64,000 nucleotides of DNA from Bacillota bacterium (GCA_012837615.1 DUQX01000037.1:76-64075); one strand, 5' to 3'; shown: positions 36,259-47,995, numbered from the stretch's first letter. Numbers and translations are program-made. Notes: a model not told the origin generated them from the letters alone.

Positions 36259-36873
36259 ATGGAAAATGAAAAAAACCTGATGCAATTGGTTCCTATGGTA
36301 GTTGAGCAAACAAGTCGCGGCGAGAGGGCATATGATATTTATTCGCGTCTTTTGAAAGATAGGATTATTTTTATCGGCACGCCGATTAATGATACTGTAG
36401 CTAATCTCGTTGTTGCCCAGCTGCTTTTTTTAGAGTCAGAAGATCCGGATAAGGATATCAATCTTTATATAAATACTCCCGGTGGAGAGATATATTCCGG
36501 GATGGCAATTTATGATACAATGCAATATATTAAGCCGGACGTCTCTACTATCTGTATTGGTTTGGCGGCAAGTTTGGGTGCCATTTTATTAGCTGCCGGG
36601 GCAAAGGGAAAAAGGTATGTGCTGCCAAATTCCCGCGTAATGATGCACCAACCTCTTGGGGGAACCAAAGGGCAGGCTGTGGATATCGAGATTCATGCAA
36701 AAGAGATTTTGCGCCTTAGGGAGTCCCTGAATAATATTCTATCTCGTCATACGGGACAGCCGGTTGAACGTATTGCCAGGGATACCGATAGGGATTTTTA
36801 CATGTCGGCTGAAATGGCTGTTGAATACGGTTTGGCTGATTCCATCATGGAGAACAGGGAATTAAAGAGGTGA
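36259..36873 (+). CDS. clpP: ATP-dependent Clp protease proteolytic subunit
   Basis: '[25 protein letters not shown]', catalytic 'GLAASLGA', and 'MMHQPLGG'. Confidence 0.97.
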   Translation: MENEKNLMQLVPMVVEQTSRGERAYDIYSRLLKDRIIFIGTPINDTVANLVVAQLLFLESEDPDKDINLYINTPGGEIYSGMAIYDTMQYIKPDVSTICIGLAASLGAILLAAGAKGKRYVLPNSRVMMHQPLGGTKGQAVDIEIHAKEILRLRESLNNILSRHTGQPVERIARDTDRDFYMSAEMAVEYGLADSIMENRELKR

Positions 36874-36881
36874 AATAATTA

Positions 36882-38144
36882 ATGTTCAAATTTAGCGATG
36901 AAAAAGGGCAGCTCAAATGTTCCTTCTGTGGAAAAAATCAGGAGCAGGTACGCAAACTGGTTGCGGGTCCCGGTGTTTATATCTGCGATGAGTGCATAGA
37001 GCTATGCAACGAGATTATTGAGGAAGAAATAGGGGATGATTATGAACTGAACCTGGTAGACCTTCCCAAACCTGCGGAAATTCACGAAGTGCTCAATAAA
37101 TATGTTATCGGTCAGGAAGATGCCAAAAAGGTACTCTCCGTGGCAGTTTACAATCATTACAAGCGGGTGAACGCCGGACAGAAAGCGGACGATATTGAGC
37201 TGCAAAAGAGCAATATCCTGCTCATCGGGCCTACCGGTGTGGGGAAAACACTTCTGGCGCAGACCCTTGCTCGCCTTTTGAACGTTCCTTTCGCTATTGC
37301 CGATGCCACTTCGCTGACGGAAGCCGGCTATGTAGGGGAAGATGTTGAAAACATTCTTCTCAAGCTGATCCAGGCGGCTGATTATGATCTGGAAAAAGCG
37401 GAAAAGGGTATTGTCTATATCGATGAGTTTGATAAAATAGCGCGAAAAAGTGATAACCCTTCAATTACGCGGGATGTCTCCGGTGAAGGTGTTCAGCAGG
37501 CGCTATTGAAGATACTCGAAGGAACAGTAGCCAGTGTTCCTCCGCAGGGAGGGCGCAAACACCCCCACCAGGAATTTATGCAGATAGATACAACGGATAT
37601 TCTCTTTATCTGCGGCGGGGCCTTCGACGGCCTTGAAAAGATTATTCTCAAGCGCATAGGCGCAGGAGGGTTGGGCTTTGGAGCAGATGTCAGACCTAAA
37701 ATCGACCTGAAGATAGGCGATATACTCCGCCATGTTCATCCTGAAGACATGATCAAATTCGGGTTAATACCGGAATGTATAGGGCGTCTACAGGTGATCG
37801 CTGTGCTGGATGCCCTTGATCGCGATTCTCTGGTTAGGATTTTAACAGAGCCTGTTAATTCGCTGGTTAAGCAGTACCAGAAAATGTTTGAACTGGATAA
37901 TGTCCAGCTGGAGTTCAAAGAAGGTTCGTTGGAGGCTATTGCCGATGAAGCGACAAAACACAAGACCGGTGCTCGCGGCTTAAGGAGCATCATGGAAAGT
38001 TTTCTGCTGGATATTATGTATGAAATACCGTCTCGCGATGATATTGATAAGTGTATTATTACGCCCGGAGTGGTTAGAAAAGAAGAAAAGCCCAGGCTTC
38101 TTACTTCAGGGAAAAGGCATAAAAAGGAAGTATCGGCATCCTAG
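36882..38144 (+). CDS. clpX: ATP-dependent Clp protease ATP-binding subunit ClpX
   Basis: Zinc-finger '[26 protein letters not shown]' and Walker A '[11 protein letters not shown]'. Confidence 0.97.
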   Translation: MFKFSDEKGQLKCSFCGKNQEQVRKLVAGPGVYICDECIELCNEIIEEEIGDDYELNLVDLPKPAEIHEVLNKYVIGQEDAKKVLSVAVYNHYKRVNAGQKADDIELQKSNILLIGPTGVGKTLLAQTLARLLNVPFAIADATSLTEAGYVGEDVENILLKLIQAADYDLEKAEKGIVYIDEFDKIARKSDNPSITRDVSGEGVQQALLKILEGTVASVPPQGGRKHPHQEFMQIDTTDILFICGGAFDGLEKIILKRIGAGGLGFGADVRPKIDLKIGDILRHVHPEDMIKFGLIPECIGRLQVIAVLDALDRDSLVRILTEPVNSLVKQYQKMFELDNVQLEFKEGSLEAIADEATKHKTGARGLRSIMESFLLDIMYEIPSRDDIDKCIITPGVVRKEEKPRLLTSGKRHKKEVSAS

Positions 38145-38160
38145 ATGCTTTTTTCTCCAG

Positions 38161-38190
38161 GGTGGCCTGCAGGCGGCCACCTTTTTTATT
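38161..38190 (+). terminator. Rho-independent terminator after clpX
   Basis: GGTGGCC (38161-38167) pairs with GGCCACC (38175-38181), followed by TTTTTTATTT. Confidence 0.8.
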
Positions 38191-38311
38191 TACTTTTTAT
38201 TGACGATTGTCTTCTTCTACTGATCCTATATAGCTTGGTTACGGTTATTTATATCCTTCTCAGGAAATAATATATAAAGAATTTTAACCCTGAGAAGGAT
38301 GTGAGGATAAT

Positions 38312-40021
38312 TTGTACGGTTGGGCCGGACTTTTTGGTTTAATCCAACTGTTTTTTGCTGTAGTAATAGGGCTTTATTTTTGGAATCTGTTGCGCAATCA
38401 AAGAGGGAGTAAAGTTGCTATTGAAAAAGAATCATCCAAGGAAATGGATGAACTTATTCGCATGCGTTCACTTTGCCTGACCGAGCCCCTTGCAGAAAAA
38501 GTGCGTCCTTCTTCTTTTGCTGAAATAATTGGACAGGAAGACGGACTAAAGGCTTTAAGGGCCGCTCTTTGCGGGCCCAACCCCCAGCATGTTTTGCTTT
38601 ACGGTGTTCCGGGTGTAGGGAAAACAGCAGCAGCACGGCTGGTTCTGGAAGAGGCAAAAAAAAATAAGCTGTCTCCCTTTACAAAGGAGGCTAAATTTGT
38701 AGAGGTCGATGCCACTACGATGCGTTTTGACGAGCGGGGGATTGCTGATCCCTTGATGGGCACCGTTCACGATCCTATTTATCAGGGCGCTGGCCCCTTG
38801 GGAATGGCGGGAATACCGCAACCCAAACCCGGTGCGGTTACAAAGGCTCACGGTGGGATTCTTTTTATAGATGAAATCGGTGAACTTCATCCCGTGCAGA
38901 TAAATAAATTGCTCAAAGTTCTGGAGGATCGTAAAGTATTTTTAGAAAGTGCTTATTATAATAGTGAAGAAAAAAATGTGCCCCGTCACATCCACGATAT
39001 TTTCCAGAACGGACTTCCTGCAGATTTTCGGCTAATCGGCGCTACAACGCGTCAACCGGAGGAGATCCCGCCGGCCATTCGCTCACGCTGCATGGAGATT
39101 TTTTTTCGCGCGCTTACACCGGAGGAAATCGGTAAAATTGCGTTGAATGCTGCCCAGAGAATTGGTTTTGAGATAACACAGGATGCATTGAAAGTGATCA
39201 CTACCTTTTGCTTAAACGGTAGGGATGCGGTAAATATGGTCCAGCTTGCGGCGGGGATTGCCCAGGGGGAAGGAAGATCTGTCCTGGAAGGCGAAGATAT
39301 GGAGTGGGTTGTGAACAACAGTAGGCTTACGCCCCGGCCTGAGAAAAAGATACCCGAGTATCCGCAAGTGGGGCTGGTAAACGGACTTGCGGTTTATGGG
39401 CCTCATCTGGGTGCGCTTCTTGAAATTGAGGCTTCCGTCCTTTTTGTTGGGAAAGGGGATGGGAGGCTCAGTATTACCGGTATCGTCGAAGAGGAAGAGA
39501 TGGGCGGCATGGGCAGAACGCTCAAACGTAAAGGCACTGCCCGCGGCTCGGTGGAAAACGTATTAACAGTGCTCGGTCATTTGCTTGGTGAGAATATGCG
39601 GGATTACGATATCCATCTTAATTTTCCAGGTGGTATTCCAGTAGACGGCCCGTCAGCTGGGGTAGGGATTGCTACGGCGGTGTATTCCGCCTTTTCCAAG
39701 ATTCCTGTCGATAATACAGTGGCGATGACCGGTGAGCTCTCCATCAGGGGAATTGTGTGCCCTGTTGGCGGAGTAACTGCAAAGATTGAGGCTGCCCGTG
39801 ATGCGGGTGTTAAAAGAGTATTTATACCCGAAAAAAACTGGCAGCATATTTATAACAATATCAAAGATATCAAAGTAATTCCTGTTTCTCATCTTAAAGA
39901 AATTTTAGATGAAGTGCTGATTATAAAAGATAATATTCCCAAACCGGCCCCGAAGAGGCAAAACGATCTTTATTCTGCCGGTTCAACAGTTTCTTTCCGG
40001 GCAGAAAGAGGAAATAAATAA
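38312..40021 (+). CDS. lonB: LonB-type (sporulation) ATP-dependent protease, membrane anchored
   Basis: N-terminal TM segment, Walker A 'GVPGVGKTAAA', and a Lon protease domain ('DGPSAGVGIATAVYSA'). Positioned between clpX and lonA, as in Bacillus. Confidence 0.85.
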   Translation: MYGWAGLFGLIQLFFAVVIGLYFWNLLRNQRGSKVAIEKESSKEMDELIRMRSLCLTEPLAEKVRPSSFAEIIGQEDGLKALRAALCGPNPQHVLLYGVPGVGKTAAARLVLEEAKKNKLSPFTKEAKFVEVDATTMRFDERGIADPLMGTVHDPIYQGAGPLGMAGIPQPKPGAVTKAHGGILFIDEIGELHPVQINKLLKVLEDRKVFLESAYYNSEEKNVPRHIHDIFQNGLPADFRLIGATTRQPEEIPPAIRSRCMEIFFRALTPEEIGKIALNAAQRIGFEITQDALKVITTFCLNGRDAVNMVQLAAGIAQGEGRSVLEGEDMEWVVNNSRLTPRPEKKIPEYPQVGLVNGLAVYGPHLGALLEIEASVLFVGKGDGRLSITGIVEEEEMGGMGRTLKRKGTARGSVENVLTVLGHLLGENMRDYDIHLNFPGGIPVDGPSAGVGIATAVYSAFSKIPVDNTVAMTGELSIRGIVCPVGGVTAKIEAARDAGVKRVFIPEKNWQHIYNNIKDIKVIPVSHLKEILDEVLIIKDNIPKPAPKRQNDLYSAGSTVSFRAERGNK

Positions 40022-40088
40022 TTAGAAGAGAAGAATAAACGGGAGCAGGAGTTGTTCCAGGGATTATCAGAGAGGAGGAGGGACAATA

Positions 40089-42437
40089 ATGAGCATAAAA
40101 TTGCCGCTTTTGCCGTTACGAGGAGTTGTCGTGTTTCCCAATATGGTCCTTCATCTCGATGTTGGCAGGGAACGTTCGATAAATGCCCTCGATGAAGCCA
40201 TGGTTAATGATAATAAAATCCTGCTGGTTGCTCAAAAAGAAGCAAAAATAGACGATCCGGAATCCGGCGATCTCTACCCCCTGGGAACTGTTGCTAACAT
40301 CAAGCAGATGTTGAAACTTCCGGGAGGGACTATTCGCGTTCTGGTGGAGGGGCTAAGTCGTGCCCGGATCAAGAATTTTATAGAAAATAAATCCTTTTTT
40401 GAAGTTGAAGCTGAAGAAATTGAGGATGATAACAGTAGAAATACCGAGATGGAGGCTCTCCTGAGACATGTGCTTCTGCAATTTGAACAGTATTCCAAGC
40501 TCAGTAAAAAAATATCTCCGGAAATCCTTTCAACAGTATCGGAAATTGAAGAGCCGGGGAGACTTGCAGACGTTATCGCTTCACATTTATCGCTAAAGTT
40601 TGAGCAGAAACAGGGCATTTTGGAAGCAGTATCGCCGCGTGACCGGTTGGAATACCTGGCTGAAATATTTAGCCTTGAAATGGAAATACTGGAGCTGGAG
40701 AAAAGGATCAGCTTGAGAGTTCGCAAACAAATGGAGAAAACTCAAAAAGAATATTATTTGAGGGAGCAAATAAAGGCTATCCAAAAGGAATTGGGCGAAA
40801 GAGATGAGCGCGTTGCCGAAGCAGATGAATACCGCGAAAAGATTGCTGAGGCAAAGCTTCCGGAGGAGGTGGAAAAAAAGGCTTTCAAGGAACTTGAACG
40901 CCTGGAAAAAATGCCTCCGGCTGCCGCTGAAGCGGTTGTTATCCGGACTTATCTGGACTGGCTTATTGAGCTTCCCTGGTCTGTGCAGACGGAAGATCAG
41001 CTGGATTTGAAGATAGTCGAGACAATTTTAGATGAAGATCACTATGGGCTGGAAAAAGTAAAGGAGCGCATTCTCGAATACCTGGCTGTGCGCAGCCTTG
41101 CCCGGAAAATAAAAGGACCTATCATCTGTTTGATCGGCCCTCCGGGTGTAGGGAAGACCTCCCTTGCACGTTCTATAGCCAGGGCCATGGAGAGAAAATT
41201 TGTGCGTGTATCGCTCGGGGGAGTCAGAGATGAAGCTGAAATAAGGGGGCACCGCCGCACCTACGTCGGGGCGATGCCGGGACGTATTATCCAGGGTATT
41301 CGTCAGGCTAAATCCTGCAATCCTGTTTTCTTGCTTGACGAGGTTGATAAAATGTCTACCGATTTTCGAGGTGATCCTTCTTCAGCTTTATTGGAGGTAC
41401 TGGATCCGGAACAGAATAACTCTTTCAGCGATCATTACATCGAGATACCTTTCGATCTTTCACAGGTTATGTTTATTACTACCGCCAATAACCGCTTTAA
41501 TATACCTCAACCGCTTTTGGATCGCATGGAGGCGATCTACCTGCCCGGATATACCGAAGAGGAAAAGGTTAAGATCGCGCAGAAGCACCTCATTCACAAG
41601 CAGCTGGAGGAAAACGGCCTGAGCGAAAAAAATCTGCGCATATCTGAAGGTACCCTGCGTCATATTGTCAGGGAATATACCAGGGAAGCCGGTGTGCGTA
41701 ATCTAGAGAGAGAAATTGCCAATATCTGCCGGAAAACTGCCAGAGAAGTAGTCAAGAACAACGATTACAATGTTACAGTAAGCCGCAGCAATTTGCATAA
41801 GTACCTGGGCTCGCCTCGTTATCGTTATGGAATGGCGGAAAAGCAAAGCGAGATTGGAGTGGCTACAGGCGTAGCCTGGACGGAGTCCGGGGGGGATCTG
41901 CTGGCCATTGAAGTTACACTGATGAAGGGCAAAGGTAAACTTATTTTAACCGGTAAGCTGGGAGATGTCATGCAGGAATCCGCTCAGGCGGCGCTAAGTT
42001 TTGTCCGTTCCAGAGTTGATTCACTGGGGATTGATGAAAACTTTTATAGCGAGTATGATATTCACATTCATGTCCCTGAGGGGGCAATTCCTAAAGACGG
42101 GCCTTCAGCGGGAATAACCATGACCACGGCCATGGTTTCGGCGCTGACCCGCATACCGGTAGATCACCGGGTTGCCATGACCGGTGAGATCACTTTAAGG
42201 GGAAAGGTTCTTCCGGTAGGTGGAGTGAAGGAAAAGATCCTCGCAGCCCACCGCGCCGGAATTAAAAAGATAATTCTACCGGAGGAAAATAAGAAAGATC
42301 TGGCTGATATTCCCGGCAATGTACGCAGGCGCCTGGAATTTGTTATGGTAGATCATATTGAGCAGGTTCTGGAACACTCACTGGTTAAGAAAGAAGAAAA
42401 TGAAAGTAAAAAAAGCGGAGCTCTTAAAGTTAGCTAG
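40089..42437 (+). CDS. lon: ATP-dependent protease La (LonA)
   Basis: LON N-domain, '[11 protein letters not shown]', and catalytic '[17 protein letters not shown]'. Confidence 0.97.
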   Translation: MSIKLPLLPLRGVVVFPNMVLHLDVGRERSINALDEAMVNDNKILLVAQKEAKIDDPESGDLYPLGTVANIKQMLKLPGGTIRVLVEGLSRARIKNFIENKSFFEVEAEEIEDDNSRNTEMEALLRHVLLQFEQYSKLSKKISPEILSTVSEIEEPGRLADVIASHLSLKFEQKQGILEAVSPRDRLEYLAEIFSLEMEILELEKRISLRVRKQMEKTQKEYYLREQIKAIQKELGERDERVAEADEYREKIAEAKLPEEVEKKAFKELERLEKMPPAAAEAVVIRTYLDWLIELPWSVQTEDQLDLKIVETILDEDHYGLEKVKERILEYLAVRSLARKIKGPIICLIGPPGVGKTSLARSIARAMERKFVRVSLGGVRDEAEIRGHRRTYVGAMPGRIIQGIRQAKSCNPVFLLDEVDKMSTDFRGDPSSALLEVLDPEQNNSFSDHYIEIPFDLSQVMFITTANNRFNIPQPLLDRMEAIYLPGYTEEEKVKIAQKHLIHKQLEENGLSEKNLRISEGTLRHIVREYTREAGVRNLEREIANICRKTAREVVKNNDYNVTVSRSNLHKYLGSPRYRYGMAEKQSEIGVATGVAWTESGGDLLAIEVTLMKGKGKLILTGKLGDVMQESAQAALSFVRSRVDSLGIDENFYSEYDIHIHVPEGAIPKDGPSAGITMTTAMVSALTRIPVDHRVAMTGEITLRGKVLPVGGVKEKILAAHRAGIKKIILPEENKKDLADIPGNVRRRLEFVMVDHIEQVLEHSLVKKEENESKKSGALKVS

Positions 42438-42993
42438 CACCAAAAAGGACTTTCCAACCGGTAAACTGCCGGAGATTGTTCTGGCCGGGCGCTCAAATGT
42501 AGGAAAATCATCGTTAATCAATATCCTACTAAGGCGGCGAAACCTGGCCAGGACAAGCAATACTCCGGGGAAGACGCGCGCTTTGCATTTTTACCTGGTA
42601 AACGACTCCTTTTATTTTGTTGATCTTCCCGGCTACGGTTATGCCAGGGTTTCCCAGGAAATACAAAAAAGATGGAGTTATTTAATTGATGATTATTTTT
42701 CAGATAGAAGTAATAATGTCCTGGTAATTCTTGTGGTGGATTTGCGCCATGAGCCTTCTGCGGAGGATAAAGAAATGGCTGCCTGGCTCAGGCATTTTGC
42801 TTACAGGACAATAATTGTAGCTACCAAAGGCGATAAGGTTCCCCGCGGGAAAAGAGCTAAACAAAAACAGTTGATTGCCGCTTCTTTAGAGGTTGACCCG
42901 GAAAAAATTATTATCTTTTCCTCCAAAACCGGGGAAGGACGGGATCAGCTGCTTAAAATCATTGATAGCGAGCTTGAGCGCGGTCGGTGCTGA
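42400..42993 (+). CDS. engB: Ribosome-biogenesis GTPase YsxC/EngB
   Basis: '[18 protein letters not shown]' and 'DLPGYGYA'. ATG 42400 gives the usual N-terminal length and overlaps the lon 3' end by 38 nt. Confidence 0.92.
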   Translation: MKVKKAELLKLASTKKDFPTGKLPEIVLAGRSNVGKSSLINILLRRRNLARTSNTPGKTRALHFYLVNDSFYFVDLPGYGYARVSQEIQKRWSYLIDDYFSDRSNNVLVILVVDLRHEPSAEDKEMAAWLRHFAYRTIIVATKGDKVPRGKRAKQKQLIAASLEVDPEKIIIFSSKTGEGRDQLLKIIDSELERGRC

Positions 42994-43139
42994 ATTAAAA
43001 TAAAATATACGCTACACCGCACAGAGGATTAATGTTGGCGGACCTGAGACCTGTCTGCCGGCAATTATTTACCTGAAGATTCTATTTGGCAGGGTGCCTA
43101 CCGTCCGGTGGTATGAGGAAGTTTATCGGAGGGAGTATT

Positions 43140-44252
43140 TTGGAACAGCAAGCCGTGGAGAAAGCTTTTTGGGAAAGATTAGAGGAAGAAAAGAACAAAC
43201 TCCTGCAAAAAAAAGAAAAGCTGGCCTGGATTTGCAGCTACACACCTGTAGAAATTATTTCTGCCTGCAAGCTGCACCCTTATCGTTTTCCGGGGAGAGA
43301 AGGAACGCCTTTTTCGGCTGATTCATATTTACATTCAAGCCTTTGTTTTTTTGCCAGGTGTTCTTTGGAAAGAGTGCTCAAAGAAGCCGGGAAAGGTAAA
43401 GATGTTTTGGCAGGAATGGTTTTGGTAAACTCTTGTATTTCGATGTTGCACTTTTACCATGCTCTCGAAAAACTCGGTTGCTTGCCTTTTGTGTATCTAC
43501 TGGATTTACCCAGAGATAATTCCGAGCAGGCCCGACATTATTATGCCGCTAATTTGCGCGGGTTTCATCAGGCCTTAAGCAAGCACTGCGGCTGCGAGAG
43601 CAATGAAAGCGAGCTCTGGGAACAGATATATTTATTTCGGGAAAACAGGGGCAGGTTGTGGGAGCTTTATGCCGGTCGGAACGGAGAAGTAGCTATAGAC
43701 GGGGATGAAATAATGCGGTTGGTTAATGCTTTTACCGTTCTTTCTCCCGAAAAATTCAGCAATTTTTTTGCAGTTTATCGTGAGAATATTCTTGGTAAAA
43801 GGAAAAACAATCTTTCAGGCCCCCGTTTGTTTATTACAGGGAGCTTTGTTCCGGAAGGATTGACCGGATTTATCCGCGAGCTGGGGGGCGTTCTGGTACT
43901 CGATGATCTGTGTATCGGAAGGCGCATGTTACAGTTTCCTCCGGAGGAGCCGGATGAAGCGGATGGGGACCCCTACAGCTACCTTGCCCGTTTATACTTG
44001 GGAAAAGATCCCTGCCCGCGTATGCAACAGGCTTATGAAAAACTTGAAGAAATAGAAAAAACGCTCAAAACATATCATATAGATGGAGTAATCTTTTATT
44101 ACCTTAAATTTTGCGATCCCTGGTATTATTACGGCCAGTTATTAAAAGAAAAACTCAATAATATCCCTCTACTAGTATTGGAAGGAGAACATGCGGGAAT
44201 AACAGGCCAAATGCGCACCCGTATTTCTGCCTTCCTGGAGATGCTTAGCTGA
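43140..44252 (+). CDS. 2-hydroxyacyl-CoA dehydratase / BcrBC / double-cubane-cluster family protein, subunit 1
   Basis: 'LAWICSYTPVEIISACKLHPYRF' and the C-terminal 'HIDGVIFYYLKFCDPWYY' are typical of the HgdB/BcrC family. I prefer TTG 43140 (GGAGGGAG at 43128-43135); ATG 43113 and TTG 43086 are alternatives. Confidence 0.8.
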   Translation: MEQQAVEKAFWERLEEEKNKLLQKKEKLAWICSYTPVEIISACKLHPYRFPGREGTPFSADSYLHSSLCFFARCSLERVLKEAGKGKDVLAGMVLVNSCISMLHFYHALEKLGCLPFVYLLDLPRDNSEQARHYYAANLRGFHQALSKHCGCESNESELWEQIYLFRENRGRLWELYAGRNGEVAIDGDEIMRLVNAFTVLSPEKFSNFFAVYRENILGKRKNNLSGPRLFITGSFVPEGLTGFIRELGGVLVLDDLCIGRRMLQFPPEEPDEADGDPYSYLARLYLGKDPCPRMQQAYEKLEEIEKTLKTYHIDGVIFYYLKFCDPWYYYGQLLKEKLNNIPLLVLEGEHAGITGQMRTRISAFLEMLS

Positions 44253-44266
44253 AAGGATAATTGAAC

Positions 44267-45532
44267 ATGTACGATTTTATAAAGAATAAAATTATTAGGG
44301 GCAAAACGCCGTCGATGTTCCGCCTGCCGTTTGTTTATTCTTTAGGAAAAGCCATGGTGAGGTGTAACCTGCTGAAATTTTCTTACAGATCCGCCGCCAT
44401 GACAGTAGAGTATGGGATGGAGCAGATCAGAAGGATCTTCAAGGGCCGTTCACCGTATGTATGGGTCAGCGCTTTTTTCCCCACGGAGTTTCTTCATGCC
44501 CTCGATATTGTATCCTTTTCTCCGGAAGTGATCTCAGCCCTGATAACTTCGCTGGGGTTTCAAAATAATTTTCTTGAGGAGGCCGAGAGCAGGTGGTGGA
44601 GCAGGGATAACTGTTCTTTTCATCGCTGTGCGATGGGGGGGCTTATCTCAAATTTTTACCCCGTTCCTGCTGCCTTTTGCGCCAGTTCCCATCTTTGTGA
44701 GGGGGGTGTTTTTTTGTTTAACAATCTGGCCAGGCGTTATCATCGCCCGTTTATCCTTCTGGATACACCTCTGGATAATAATGATAATTCCCTTTTGTAT
44801 GTAACCCGTCAGCTTCAAAAAATAATAACCTTGCTGGAAGGGGTTGCCGGCACCAGGCTGCGGGTAGAAAAATTGGAAGAGGCTGTATTCAATACCGAGA
44901 AAACCCGCCAGGCGATGCTTAAAGTAAACGAACTTCGCAGGCATCCTTATTCTCCCCTCAGATCGAAAGATGCCTTTGCATATCTCTATCTCTACTTCAC
45001 TGGCATGGGGAGCAGGGTTGTACCCGGTATTTATGAAACTTTGGCTGCGGAGCTGGAAAAGAAAATTAAAGAAAGTCAAAACAGCAAAGGCGGGGAAACA
45101 TCCCCGCGTTACAGGTTGTTATGGATGCACCTGCAGCCTTTTTATCAAAATGGGATCATGGACTATCTCGAAGCAAACGGGGCGGAGTTGGTATTTGAGG
45201 ATTTTAGCCATGTTTACTGGGAATCCTGGGATCCAGGCAGGCCCTTGGAATACATAGCAAACCGTATGCTCGCGCATTTTAATTACGGCCGCATTGAACG
45301 CAGGATAAAGGTGATCAAAGAGCTGGCGCGGCGTTATAACGTGGACGGTGTAATACACTTTTCACACTGGGGATGCCGACAGAGCTGCGGTTCTTTAAAT
45401 ATAATCCGCAATTCTTTACAGGAGGAAGGGCTGCCGTTTCTGGTGCTGGACGGGGATTGTGTGGACAGCCGTAATTTTGCTTCCGGGCAGGTCCAAACAA
45501 GAATTGACGGTTTTCTGGAAATGCTGGCTTGA
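44267..45532 (+). CDS. 2-hydroxyacyl-CoA dehydratase / BcrBC / double-cubane-cluster family protein, subunit 2
   Basis: 'VWVSAFFPTEFLHALDIV' and 'NVDGVIHFSHWGCRQSCG' fit the HgdA/BcrB-like pattern. ATG 44267 lies 9 nt after AAAGGA. Confidence 0.8.
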   Translation: MYDFIKNKIIRGKTPSMFRLPFVYSLGKAMVRCNLLKFSYRSAAMTVEYGMEQIRRIFKGRSPYVWVSAFFPTEFLHALDIVSFSPEVISALITSLGFQNNFLEEAESRWWSRDNCSFHRCAMGGLISNFYPVPAAFCASSHLCEGGVFLFNNLARRYHRPFILLDTPLDNNDNSLLYVTRQLQKIITLLEGVAGTRLRVEKLEEAVFNTEKTRQAMLKVNELRRHPYSPLRSKDAFAYLYLYFTGMGSRVVPGIYETLAAELEKKIKESQNSKGGETSPRYRLLWMHLQPFYQNGIMDYLEANGAELVFEDFSHVYWESWDPGRPLEYIANRMLAHFNYGRIERRIKVIKELARRYNVDGVIHFSHWGCRQSCGSLNIIRNSLQEEGLPFLVLDGDCVDSRNFASGQVQTRIDGFLEMLA

Positions 45533-45641
45533 GCCGTTGCGAAATACAAACCCATACTGTTAAGGCAGGGCACACATTTCGTAGAAAAGAATTTTCAGTT
45601 TTAACTTATTAATATATAAGTTATACAAGGAGGAGATATTT

Positions 45642-46418
45642 TTGCCGGTTGCTGGAATTGATATCGGATCTTTATCTACTGAAGTGGTGATTCTGAAAAA
45701 AGAGGAAATGCTGGCTCAGGTAATTATCCCTACAGGCGCAAACAGCAAATTAGCGGCAGAAAAAGCGATGAAGGAGGCCCTGGAAAAAAGCGGGCTTTCC
45801 TTTAATGAGCTGGGATACATTGTAGCCACCGGATATGGCAGGGTTAGTGTCCCCTTTGCCAATAAAAAGGTTACAGAGATAAGCTGCCATGGTAAAGGGG
45901 CTTTTTTTCTTCATCCCGGGGTGCGCACTGTTATTGATATCGGGGGCCAGGACAGTAAGGTTATCCGCCTCAGTCCCCAGGGCAAAGTAATTGACTTTGT
46001 GATGAACGAGAAATGCGCAGCCGGAACGGGACGTTTTCTCGAAGTAATGGCTCATGCGCTGGAAACAGACCTGGAAGAAATGTCGCGACCGTCGGCGCCT
46101 TCCGTTAAAACAGCAAACATTAGCAGCATGTGTACTGTTTTTGCCGAGTCAGAGGTGGTCTCCCTTGTTGCCGAGGGCCACCCACGGGAAGAGATAATAA
46201 AGGGAATAATATATTCAGTTGTGGAGCGAACGATAAGCCTGGCCCGGCGCGTAGGAGTAGAAGAAGAGCTGATGATGACCGGAGGCGTAGCAAAAAATAT
46301 CGCTCTTCGGGAAGCGCTGGAAAAAAGCCTGGGAATTAAAATAACGGTGCCGGACGAACCGCAGGCGGTGGGCGCTCTGGGTGCTGCCCTTTTAGCTGCT
46401 GAAGAAGCGGTAAAATAG
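45642..46418 (+). CDS. BadF/BadG/BcrA/BcrD-type ATPase (radical-enzyme activase, HgdC-like)
   Basis: 'AGIDIGSLSTEVVIL', 'VIDIGGQDSKVI', and the cluster-bridging region 'NEKCAAGTGRFLE'. TTG 45642 follows AAGGAGGAG. Confidence 0.88.
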   Translation: MPVAGIDIGSLSTEVVILKKEEMLAQVIIPTGANSKLAAEKAMKEALEKSGLSFNELGYIVATGYGRVSVPFANKKVTEISCHGKGAFFLHPGVRTVIDIGGQDSKVIRLSPQGKVIDFVMNEKCAAGTGRFLEVMAHALETDLEEMSRPSAPSVKTANISSMCTVFAESEVVSLVAEGHPREEIIKGIIYSVVERTISLARRVGVEEELMMTGGVAKNIALREALEKSLGIKITVPDEPQAVGALGAALLAAEEAVK

Positions 46419-46546
46419 TCCTTCCGGAGAGGCCCTGGCCATTAGGGGTTTGCGATACAAGATCATAGTTAGTCGGAAACAGGCCTGCGGGTATTGATAA
46501 AACCGATTAAAAAAAAACCGGGCCGCGTTAAAATGTCGCTAATGTA

Positions 46547-47965
46547 TTAGTGTTTCTGTAAATGTTGCAAAGGACCATTAATCTTCTCGCCGGCGTTGCC
46601 TCTTGCCAGTGAGGCAAAAATGCCGGCGATACAAAGTACGGTAAAGATGATAAAGATAGTTTTATTACTGTTTAAAAAGAGCCCGTGTGTTTGAGGTGTT
46701 ATCTGTGTACTTCCCATGCCGTTTAGGGAAAATATGAGCATAACTATTCCCATACTGAACAACTGACCGGTCATCCGCATCGTTGCCAGCGTTGCCGAGG
46801 CGATTCCGTAATAATTTTTTTCCACGGAACTCATAATGGCGTTTGTATTCGGGGACGAAAAAAGCGCAAAGCCACAACCGAGAACCATTAAATCAAAAAT
46901 GATGAAAGCTGGGGACGTATGTGCATTTAAGATGACAAGGGGTATAAGCCCCAATACCAGAACAGCCATGCCGGATGAAGCCAGAATTCTCGACTCGATT
47001 TTATCTGAAAGCCTGCCGGCCAAAGGCGATAAAAGAGCCATGACCAGGGGTTGCGCTACCAGTATCAAGCCCGCTTCCTGCGGATTGAACCCTTTAATAT
47101 ATTGTAGGTAAAGGCTTAGTAGAAAACCGATGGCAAAGGTGGCGCTGTAGTTGATCAGCGCCGCCAGGTTGGAAAAAGTAAACACTTTGTTGTTCTTGAA
47201 AAGGTTCATATTTACAACAGGGTTTTCAACTTTCAGTTCCCACCAAATGAAGAGGACGATACCGCTAATTCCCGCCAGGATTAACCACAGCCCTTTTATT
47301 GCCGGTATAACGGAGAGGCCGTACATTAATGACAGAAGTGAAACACAATAGATTAACGAACCGGTCAAGTCAAATTTCTCTCCCTGAGATTCCGCCCATT
47401 CCTCTTTTACTTTCCAGTAAATCAGGAAAACCGACGGCAAGGACAGCGGCAGAATGATTATAAAAATGCTTATCCAGCCAAAATGCTGTGTTAATATTCC
47501 CCCCAGGACCGGACCGAGGGACAACCCAAGGTAAATTGTAGCAATATTTATCCCCAGAGCCCTGCCTCTTTCGCCGGGTGGAAATACAGATGTCAGTATC
47601 GCAACGGATGTGCTGAAAATCATTGCGCTTCCGATACCCTGTAAGACCCTAAAGCACAGAAGCATAACAATCGATTTCGAAATAACACAAAGAAGTGAAG
47701 AAAAAGAAAAAAACAACACGCCGTAAGAAAAAATTTTCTTTCTTCCATATATATCTGCTATTTTCCCCAGCGGGACAAGAAATATCGCCGTAGTTAAAAT
47801 ATAAGAGGTGGCAACCCAGCCCAGCAGGACCGCGCTGGCGGAAAACTGTTCACCGATAGCGGGGAGGGCAACGTTAATAGATGAACTCATAAAAGGCGTT
47901 ACAAAAGTTCCCAGCGTGGCAGCTATTAGGACAATTCTTTTTTTTATTTTTATATCATCGGTCAT
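46547..47965 (-). CDS. MFS transporter, 14-TM DHA2 (EmrB/QacA-like)
   Basis: 472 aa with the MFS motif 'GKIADIYGRKKIF' and 14 predicted hydrophobic segments. Confidence 0.85.
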   Translation of the reverse strand: MTDDIKIKKRIVLIAATLGTFVTPFMSSSINVALPAIGEQFSASAVLLGWVATSYILTTAIFLVPLGKIADIYGRKKIFSYGVLFFSFSSLLCVISKSIVMLLCFRVLQGIGSAMIFSTSVAILTSVFPPGERGRALGINIATIYLGLSLGPVLGGILTQHFGWISIFIIILPLSLPSVFLIYWKVKEEWAESQGEKFDLTGSLIYCVSLLSLMYGLSVIPAIKGLWLILAGISGIVLFIWWELKVENPVVNMNLFKNNKVFTFSNLAALINYSATFAIGFLLSLYLQYIKGFNPQEAGLILVAQPLVMALLSPLAGRLSDKIESRILASSGMAVLVLGLIPLVILNAHTSPAFIIFDLMVLGCGFALFSSPNTNAIMSSVEKNYYGIASATLATMRMTGQLFSMGIVMLIFSLNGMGSTQITPQTHGLFLNSNKTIFIIFTVLCIAGIFASLARGNAGEKINGPLQHLQKH

Positions 47966-47995
47966 TTTTTTCCCCTTTCTGCAACAAGTGCGCGT

